A DNA stretch of 59,982 bases, counting the filler. It is 3 parts of 3 records of this genome, joined end to end, with 100 filler letters (N's around TTAATTAATTAA, not from the genome) between each part and the next. Parts side by side here need not be neighbours in the genome. Positions count along the whole stretch, not along the records: positions 53,374 to 59,982 come from SRR20825019_155; 2 more parts are not named here. One strand, 5' to 3'. The translations under genes were made by a program, and so were the position numbers. The notes beneath the pieces were generated by a model. The model was not told where the DNA came from and ran no database searches. It saw only the letters and a list, made by a program, of their open reading frames with translations. The number at the start of each line of letters is the position of its first letter. Position 1 is the first letter of the stretch. Below, in pieces: positions 53,614-59,982 of the stretch.

Positions 53614-53978
53614 ACTTGAGCCTTAATGTTGGTGCCGCGGCCAGGAAACGGCACGCTTTCGGCACAGATCCTGACACGTCTGACCCGCTGGTCGTTGAAC
53701 CCTATCGAGACAAGGACAGCGCGCGATGCTTTTCCTCCGACCATCGTCTCTGCAGGAGAAACCTGCGCGGCGACTGGCCGAAAGTCCTGATCGTAGACTT
53801 TCACCGCCATGCGAATTCTGTGCGGATAGGGATTGTATGGAAAAACCCGCACCGAGAACGTGTCGTCGAAACTCGATATCTTGCCGCGCATCGGCGTCAT
53901 CGACTGCGCTGCGCTTGTGCCGCAGCCAGCCGCGAAAACCGCGGCCAGCACGACATGTTTCCAGACGTGACTATTCAC
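53580..53978 (-). CDS. Secreted small beta-rich protein, resembles a single Ig-like pilus-chaperone domain
   Basis: Signal peptide, MTP near the mature N-terminus, alternating beta-strand pattern, C-terminal Cys pair (RIC..QVC); translationally coupled on both sides. Confidence 0.6.
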   Translation of the reverse strand: MNSHVWKHVVLAAVFAAGCGTSAAQSMTPMRGKISSFDDTFSVRVFPYNPYPHRIRMAVKVYDQDFRPVAAQVSPAETMVGGKASRAVLVSIGFNDQRVRRVRICAESVPFPGRGTNIKAQVCGRFIAYRID

Positions 53979-54441
53979 AGGTCAGCGTCACCTCGGCCGT
54001 GTAGTTTCCGGCAGGAAAAACACCGACCGACTTTGTTGCGGACAGGTCGACATCGACATTGGTCAAGCCAAGCCCGAGCGGAGACGTCACCGAGCCCACC
54101 ACATCGAGAAGCGTGGTAACCCCTGATGCGCTGTAATGGCTGGCGAACGTCACATCGTCATAGCCGCCAGCAGGCGCAAGAAAAAAGGACGATGGCGCGG
54201 AAGTCGAAAGGTTGTACCCTGCTCCCGTGGTCACAACGGTAGCCGTACCTGAAACACCCCCCGCTTCGGTCGATGAAAGGACGTTCATTGCGACATTGGT
54301 GCTCAGGACACCTGGCGTTCCTACAGTAATCAGACATGTTGAAATGACGTTGCCGTTGAAAATGACCTTGTCGGTAACGGCGGCAGCGGGCGCGGTAAAA
54401 ATGGCGGTAAGCAAAACTGCGGATAGAGAGGTTCTGAACAT
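53971..54441 (-). CDS. Secreted fimbrial/pilin-like subunit (Csu/spore-coat-U-like pattern)
   Basis: Signal peptide; FNGNVISTCLITV N-terminus and FPAGNYTAEVTLTCE C-terminal strand; Thr/Ser/Gly/Val rich; AAGGAG RBS. Confidence 0.65.
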   Translation of the reverse strand: MFRTSLSAVLLTAIFTAPAAAVTDKVIFNGNVISTCLITVGTPGVLSTNVAMNVLSSTEAGGVSGTATVVTTGAGYNLSTSAPSSFFLAPAGGYDDVTFASHYSASGVTTLLDVVGSVTSPLGLGLTNVDVDLSATKSVGVFPAGNYTAEVTLTCE

Positions 54442-54506
54442 GACCCTGCTCCTTACAAACAAGCAGACAAGCCCCCTCTTGCAGAATGGATGAAACCGCA
54501 CTCCGC

Positions 54507-54522
54507 TTAACATTCCACTAAC
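54507..54522. promoter_or_regulatory. CtrA-box-like motif upstream of the fimbria-like operon
   Basis: TTAA-cattcca-CTAAC, one mismatch to TTAA-N7-TTAAC. Confidence 0.4.
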
Positions 54523-54767
54523 ATTCAACCTTAGATTTATAATTCATAATAATACAACCATATCCTCCCCGACCTTCTTTGCAGGAGCGGGCCTGTGGTA
54601 TGCCGTCGCTTTCCTGACGGCTCAAGTCGCAAATCAGCTATATATTCAGCAGTTTCGCACCGTATTCTGGTGGCATCGCGCAATCGCGGCCAAACCGTGA
54701 GCGCGGCCAACCATGAGCGCGGCTCAAAGTTCAGCACCCGCGCGACATGACCAGCAGGAGGCAGAGC

Positions 54768-55466
54768 ATGTCCGGCGACGAAATCATCCTCTCGGAGCTT
54801 CCCGACGACGAACTCGTGCAGCAGATGCACGACGATCTTTATGACGGGCTCAGGGAGGAGATCGAGGAAGGAACGCACATTCTTCTGAGCCGCGGCTGGC
54901 AACCCTATGAAGTGCTTACGGATGCTCTGGTTGAGGGCATGCGGATCGTCGGTGAGGATTTCCGCGATGGAATTCTGTTCGTCCCTGAGGTCCTCCTTTC
55001 AGCCAATGCGATGAAGGCCGGCATGGCCATACTGCGTCCGCTTCTTGCCGAGACCGGCGCCCCAAAACAGGGCAAGATGGTAATCGGCACAGTGAAGGGA
55101 GATATCCACGACATTGGCAAGAACCTGGTGGGGATGATGATGGAAGGCGCCGGGTTCGACGTGATTGACATCGGCATCAACAACCCGGTTGAGAACTACC
55201 TCAATGCAATCGAGGAGCATCAGCCCGATATTGTCGGCATGTCAGCACTGCTGACGACCACCATGCCCTATATGAAGGTTGTGATCGACACGATGAAGGA
55301 AAAAGGCATACGGGAAAACTACATTGTCCTCGTCGGCGGCGCGCCGCTCAACGAAGAGTTCGGCAAGGCTGTGGGTGCCGACGCCTATTGCCGCGACGCG
55401 GCGGTAACCGTCGAAATGGCCAAGGAACTGATCAAGCGCAAGCACAACGTGTCGGCCGGCGCCTGA
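54768..55466 (+). CDS. Stand-alone corrinoid (B12-binding) protein: cap plus B12 domain of a split methyltransferase
   Basis: GM..VG..F..G.LFVPEVL, GTVKGDIHDIGKN (DxHxxG), GMSALLTTT, VGGAP; AGGAGG RBS. Confidence 0.93.
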   Translation: MSGDEIILSELPDDELVQQMHDDLYDGLREEIEEGTHILLSRGWQPYEVLTDALVEGMRIVGEDFRDGILFVPEVLLSANAMKAGMAILRPLLAETGAPKQGKMVIGTVKGDIHDIGKNLVGMMMEGAGFDVIDIGINNPVENYLNAIEEHQPDIVGMSALLTTTMPYMKVVIDTMKEKGIRENYIVLVGGAPLNEEFGKAVGADAYCRDAAVTVEMAKELIKRKHNVSAGA

Positions 55467-55496
55467 TCCTGGCCAGGCTCGCCAAGCGGCGAAGCG

Positions 55497-55655
55497 TTAG
55501 TATGTGGAGCGCGATATGTCGCGTCCCGCGCTCTGGGTCGCATCGACCGCGCTGGCGGCATCCTTGCCGACCCCGCGAATTGTGTTGGCACAGCCAGCAG
55601 CGGATCCGGCGACGAGAATGAGGATGGCCAGCCGGGAAAGAACAGACAATTTCAT
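55497..55655 (-). CDS. Entericidin A/B-family small lipoprotein
   Basis: 52 aa; lipobox AAGC followed by ANTIRGVGKD. Confidence 0.8.
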   Translation of the reverse strand: MKLSVLSRLAILILVAGSAAGCANTIRGVGKDAASAVDATQSAGRDISRSTY

Positions 55656-55704
55656 GATTTGTCTCCATCGCAGATAGACCGCCCGAACAAACGGGACAGT
55701 TACA

Positions 55705-56337
55705 ATGCAGGAACGCACGAAACCGCAAAAAGTTCTCGGCCCCGAAAAGGTTCTCGTCATTGCCTGTGGCATGATCGCGCGGGAGGTTCTGGCGGTGCGG
55801 GACATCCTTGGCTTCACGCATCTGGAGCTGACCTGCCTTCCCGCCGAATTCCACTATCGTCCCAAGCGCATCGCCCCCGCGATGGATGCGGCAATCATGA
55901 AGGCCCGGGCCGACGGCTATCGCAATGTCTTCGTTGGATACGCGGATTGCGGCACCGGCGGAGCGCTTGACCGTGTTTGTGAGAAACATGGTGTCTCGCG
56001 CATCGACGGCCCGCACTGCTTCGCATTTTACCAAGGGCTCTCGGCCTTCGAAGGCATTGCCGAAGACGATATGCTTTCCTTTTACATGACCGACTTTCTG
56101 TGTCGCCAGTTCGACGCCTTCTTCATGAAACCACTCGGTCTCGATCGGCATCCCGAATTGATCGAGGACTTTTTCGGCAACTATGAAAAGCTCGTCTACC
56201 TCGCGCAAACAGATGATCCACGGCTCGAATGCGTCGCACAGAACGCAGCACAGCTTCTCGGGCTGACATATGAAAAACGCAGAACGGGCTATGGCGACTT
56301 GGCAGGTGCGCTCGCTTCTGCGGCACAAAGCGCTTGA
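55705..56337 (+). CDS. DUF1638-family protein (corrinoid-associated)
   Basis: LVIACG..ARE, CLPAEFH..P, VGYADCGTGG, GPHCF, YMTDFL..QF, YEKLVYLAQ. Confidence 0.8.
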   Translation: MQERTKPQKVLGPEKVLVIACGMIAREVLAVRDILGFTHLELTCLPAEFHYRPKRIAPAMDAAIMKARADGYRNVFVGYADCGTGGALDRVCEKHGVSRIDGPHCFAFYQGLSAFEGIAEDDMLSFYMTDFLCRQFDAFFMKPLGLDRHPELIEDFFGNYEKLVYLAQTDDPRLECVAQNAAQLLGLTYEKRRTGYGDLAGALASAAQSA

Positions 56338-56419
56338 TGTGTCGCGCGCGGTGCCATCAAATGGTTACATTGGCGATGCACTGCCCGAGGATACTGTGCG
56401 ATTTTCAGGAGAAATTTTC

Positions 56420-57049
56420 ATGCATCGCATTTTCCTCCCCCTTCTGGCGCTTGGCCTGAGCACGTTCCCGGTAACCGCACAGTCGCTGGTTCAGGAAAAG
56501 CTCGACATGGAACGGGCAGGCTTCGAAAAGGACACAGTGATGCAGCAGATCACCTACCGTGATGCTGCGCGTCTCGATGCCTATGAACGGATCCGCGCCG
56601 ATGCCTTGAAGCAGGCCAGAACCAGCCCGACAGCAACTGATATTGCGCTTTTGGAAGAGATCGATCAGCGGGAGCAGCGGACCTTCGAGGGGTTCGACCT
56701 GTCAGGCGATTGGGAGTGCCGCACCATAAAGGCCGGTGGTCTGGTTCCGCTCGTGGTCTATGACTGGTTCCGTTGCAGGGTCAGTGACGATGGAGCCGGC
56801 TGGGCGCTTGAAAAACTGACCGGGTCGCAGCGCACCAGGGGAAGATTTTTCACGCACAGCGATACCCGGCTGATCTATCTCGGCAGCTATTTCGTGTCGT
56901 CCGACCGCCCACCTTCCTACGGCGCAGGCCGCGCCAGCGATCAGGTAGCCTATGTTTTCCGCGACCGTGAGGATGGCTGGCGCATGGAATTTCCTGCTCC
57001 GGAGCGAGAATCAGAGCTCGATATTCTCGAGTTCCGCCACGCCCGATAA
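56420..57049 (+). CDS. Secreted DUF4893-like protein
   Basis: Signal peptide; G.W.CRTIK.GG..LVVY.WF.C and KLTGSQR..G motifs. Confidence 0.65.
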   Translation: MHRIFLPLLALGLSTFPVTAQSLVQEKLDMERAGFEKDTVMQQITYRDAARLDAYERIRADALKQARTSPTATDIALLEEIDQREQRTFEGFDLSGDWECRTIKAGGLVPLVVYDWFRCRVSDDGAGWALEKLTGSQRTRGRFFTHSDTRLIYLGSYFVSSDRPPSYGAGRASDQVAYVFRDREDGWRMEFPAPERESELDILEFRHAR

Positions 57050-57161
57050 GCTTTAACCAGCCGAACGATGCTTGCGGCTTCTGTCATGAAGGCTTAACGG
57101 CATCCAGACAAAACTGTACGTCATCCTGGTCGGGATTCGAACGGCTGGCTGCAAGAGTGGA

Positions 57162-57809
57162 ATGAAGGCGGAGGGAATGGATTTGGATATGGTGTCGGGC
57201 GCACCGCCGGCTCACCTTCCGCCGCGCCGGCTATCGCGCATTTTTCGCGACCTCGCCAAGCACGCTGAAGACAGGGTCACCATCGGCGAAATCCGCCAGG
57301 CGCTCGGCGACCGCAGCTTCGCCACTCTTCTCGTGTTTTTTGCCAGCCTCAACCTCCTGCCCTTCCCCCCCGGCAGCACCCTCGTGCTTGGGCCGCCGCT
57401 GGTCCTGGTCGCCCTGCAGATGGTGATGGGCAATCGCACCGTCTGGCTGCCGCGGTTCCTGCTAAACAAGGCGATCGGCGCCGACAAATTTCGCCACATG
57501 AGCGAACGGCTCATCCCGCGCCTGATCTGGCTGGAGCGCCTGATCAAGCCCCGCTATTGGCCGTTTGCACGCGATCACGCCGACAGGATCATCGGCCTTG
57601 CCGCACTGATCCTGTCGATTGCCGTGACACTCCCTATTCCACTCGGCAACTGGTTTCCCGCCTTCTCCTGCGCGCTGATCGGGCTCGCCCTTTCCGAGCG
57701 CGATGGCGTCCTTCTCGGTATTGCCATTACATGTGGCGTCCTCTCCCTCATGGTGATTGCCGGGGTGGTGGTCGGTGCCAGCATGATGGCCGGTGCGGTG
57801 ATGCACTAA
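57162..57809 (+). CDS. exoD: ExoD-family exopolysaccharide synthesis membrane protein
   Basis: TIGEI..LGDRSF..L, LLPFPPG, WLP, LPIPLGNWFPA, ERDG. Confidence 0.85.
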   Translation: MKAEGMDLDMVSGAPPAHLPPRRLSRIFRDLAKHAEDRVTIGEIRQALGDRSFATLLVFFASLNLLPFPPGSTLVLGPPLVLVALQMVMGNRTVWLPRFLLNKAIGADKFRHMSERLIPRLIWLERLIKPRYWPFARDHADRIIGLAALILSIAVTLPIPLGNWFPAFSCALIGLALSERDGVLLGIAITCGVLSLMVIAGVVVGASMMAGAVMH

Positions 57810-57922
57810 CCCGCCGCTACTCTTTCCTTTCACGTCGCATTTGAATGCACGCGCGTCGCCTTGCAGCAAGCGGGCGCGCGGCAATGCGGCAATTCTGAAA
57901 ATCAAGGAAGGAACAGGCGCCT

Positions 57923-58225
57923 ATGGCCCAGCTGATCATTGTATATTGGCGCGACATCCCCGCTCAGGTGATTGTCAGAAAGGGGCGTCAGGCTGCCAAA
58001 CGCGAACTGCCCCCGCGCTTTGCCGAGGCCATCGACATGTGCGCCATGCGCGTCGGGGCCCGGGACACGGATGCCTATCTGGCCGAGTGGCGGCGCGGGG
58101 AACCGGTCACCGTCAGCGACGATCTGGATACCGAGGCAGACCAGGCATTGCGGGCGATCGACAGTGATTTTGACAGGGATCGCCTTCTGGCGCTCGTCGA
58201 GGCAGGTGGCCATGCCGATCGATAG
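57923..58225 (+). CDS. Small 'virulence factor'-family protein (function unknown), coupled to the MTHFR genes
   Basis: IVYWRDIPAQV..KRELP.RF..AID..AM...DTDAYLAEWRR; overlaps the next gene. Confidence 0.75.
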   Translation: MAQLIIVYWRDIPAQVIVRKGRQAAKRELPPRFAEAIDMCAMRVGARDTDAYLAEWRRGEPVTVSDDLDTEADQALRAIDSDFDRDRLLALVEAGGHADR

Positions 58226-58808
58226 CGCCACAAAGCAAACGTCCATCACCCAGGCAACACTGGTAAAAAAGGCGCGTGAGAATCTCGCCTACAGACCAGC
58301 CGATGTTTCACCACAGCGCCGCGTCCAGCGACGCTACACCATGCGGCGTTGGTCGGTGCGCCATGCGCGCATTCTTGAATGGGTCTACGCCCGCTTTTCG
58401 CATTTCTTTCTTCTGCTTCACCCGTTCTGGAACGCCGTGGGCTATGCACGCGCTGAAACGCCGGTGAAATTCGTAGAGCGCCATTTGAAGGGATTGATGT
58501 TCGATTGCCGCATGTGCGGCCAGTGCATCCTGTCATCCACCGGCATGTCATGCCCCATGAACTGCCCCAAGCAATTGCGCAACGGCCCCTGCGGGGGGGT
58601 GCGGAGCAACGGGAACTGCGAGGTGGAACCTGAGATGCCATGCGTCTGGGTGAAGGCATGGGAAGGTGCCCAGGCCATGCGCGGCGGCGAAGCGATTTTC
58701 CACGTACAGCACCCTGTCGATCAGTCCTTGAGAGAAAGCTCCGCCTGGTTGAGGATCACGGCACAAGCGGCGCGCGCTCGGGAAACCGGACGGAGCGATG
58801 CTGCATGA
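58212..58808 (+). CDS. Methylenetetrahydrofolate reductase C-terminal-like (MetV-like) Cys-rich protein
   Basis: FDCRMCGQCILSSTGMSCPMNCPK..RNGPCGG...CEV....CVW motif. Confidence 0.85.
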   Translation: MPIDSATKQTSITQATLVKKARENLAYRPADVSPQRRVQRRYTMRRWSVRHARILEWVYARFSHFFLLLHPFWNAVGYARAETPVKFVERHLKGLMFDCRMCGQCILSSTGMSCPMNCPKQLRNGPCGGVRSNGNCEVEPEMPCVWVKAWEGAQAMRGGEAIFHVQHPVDQSLRESSAWLRITAQAARARETGRSDAA

Positions 58809-59917
58809 TGTCCCGCCCGCCGCAGATCGACGAAAACCCGGATGGCGTCGACCTGCCGCTGGAGCCCCTGCCCGGCCATTCTTCGCGTGGCCGACTGGAA
58901 CGCGTGCTTCGGCGTGGTGAATTCGCGGTGACGGCAGAACTAAACCCACCCGACAGCGCCAATGCGCAGGATGTCTATGAGCGGGCGGCAATCTTCGACG
59001 GATGGGTCGATGGCATCAATGCCGTGGATGCCTCCGGTGCCAATTGCCACATGTCCTCCATGGGCATCTGCGCACTGCTCACCCGCATGGGCTACGCCAC
59101 GATCATGCAGATCGCATGTCGCGACAGGAACCGCATCGCCATACAGGGCGACGTTTTGGGAGCCGCCGCCATGGGCGTCGGCAATATCATGTGCCTGACG
59201 GGCGATGGCGTGCAGGCAGGCGACCAGCCGGGAGCAAAACCCGTTTTCGACCTCGACTGCATGTCGCTTCTGGAGACCGTGCGGACCATGCGCGATGAGG
59301 AAAAGTTTCTTTCCGGTCGCACCCTCACAACGCCACCCGCCGTTTTTCTCGGCGCGGCCATCAACCCGTTTGCCCCGCCGTTCGACTTTCGGCCGCACCG
59401 GCTTGCCAAGAAGATCGCTGCCGGGGCGCAGTTCGTGCAGAGCCAGTATTGCTACGACGTTCCGATGCTGAAGAACTACATGAAGCGGGTACGCGATATG
59501 GGGCTCGACGAGAAATGCTTCATTCTGGTCGGTGTCGGTCCGCTCGCCTCGGCGAAAACCGCCCGCTGGATCCGCTCGAACGTTCCAGGCGTCCACATTC
59601 CCGACGCGGTGATCGCGCGGCTTGAAGGTGCGCAAAAGCAGAAGGAAGAAGGCAAGCGCCTGTGCATCGACATCATCAACGAGGTGAAGGAGATCACGGG
59701 CGTTTCCGGCATTCACGTCATGGCCTACCGGCAAGAGGAATTCGTCGCGGAGATCGTGCACGATTCCGGGGTCCTGAAAGGCCGCAAACCATGGCAGCGT
59801 GAGCCGGGCCTCGACGATGCGATGGTGGCCGAGCGGCTCGATCACATTCTGCACGACAGTCCGAGCGAAACACCCGTCGACATGGTGAAGGATGCAAGCG
59901 AGGCGTCCGGCGAATGA
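58805..59917 (+). CDS. metF: Methylenetetrahydrofolate reductase
   Basis: TAELNPP, INAVD, MQIACRDRN, CLTGD, KKIAAGAQFVQSQYCYD, VPGVHIPD, GIHVM; ATGA overlap with the upstream gene. Confidence 0.9.
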   Translation: MMSRPPQIDENPDGVDLPLEPLPGHSSRGRLERVLRRGEFAVTAELNPPDSANAQDVYERAAIFDGWVDGINAVDASGANCHMSSMGICALLTRMGYATIMQIACRDRNRIAIQGDVLGAAAMGVGNIMCLTGDGVQAGDQPGAKPVFDLDCMSLLETVRTMRDEEKFLSGRTLTTPPAVFLGAAINPFAPPFDFRPHRLAKKIAAGAQFVQSQYCYDVPMLKNYMKRVRDMGLDEKCFILVGVGPLASAKTARWIRSNVPGVHIPDAVIARLEGAQKQKEEGKRLCIDIINEVKEITGVSGIHVMAYRQEEFVAEIVHDSGVLKGRKPWQREPGLDDAMVAERLDHILHDSPSETPVDMVKDASEASGE

Positions 59918-59982
59918 CAGAACCCGTAGGCATCAACGATCATCTGCATGGAAGCCCGCCATGCCTTAAGGAGGATGTTAAA

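Overview
The window is a concatenation of three unrelated contigs joined by 100-nt N spacers that carry an artificial TTAATTAATTAA six-frame stop linker (31823-31922, 53274-53373). (1) 1-31822 is a compact, intron-rich eukaryotic (protist-like) contig with ~50-65 nt spliceosomal introns, near-abutting convergent genes and very GC-rich divergent promoter regions. It encodes a secreted 5'-nucleotidase-like enzyme, a LisH/coiled-coil protein, a secreted acidic/His-rich disordered protein, a large BEACH-WD40 protein, a bZIP factor, a CK2-beta-like protein, HINT, an OTU deubiquitinase, ELP1 and lipoyl synthase. It also holds an unexplained, highly base-paired ~435-nt plus-strand RNA candidate (20399-20834). 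(2) 31923-53273 is a Marinobacter/Pseudomonas-like gammaproteobacterial core region (nqrABC, gap, mfd, csiV, MTI phosphorylase, mscS, L,D-transpeptidase, psrA, riboflavin synthase, two rRNA methyltransferases, beta-carbonic anhydrase, NAD-glutamate dehydrogenase). It also has a candidate sRNA and a 57-aa ORF whose RBS is locked in a hairpin. (3) 53374-59982 is a Rhizobiales-like alphaproteobacterial contig with an uncharacterised three-gene secreted fimbria-like module behind a CtrA-like box, and a corrinoid/folate methyl-transfer cluster (stand-alone B12-binding protein, DUF1638, MetV-like plus MetF). Taxonomic and family calls come from motif recognition only; no database searches were run.
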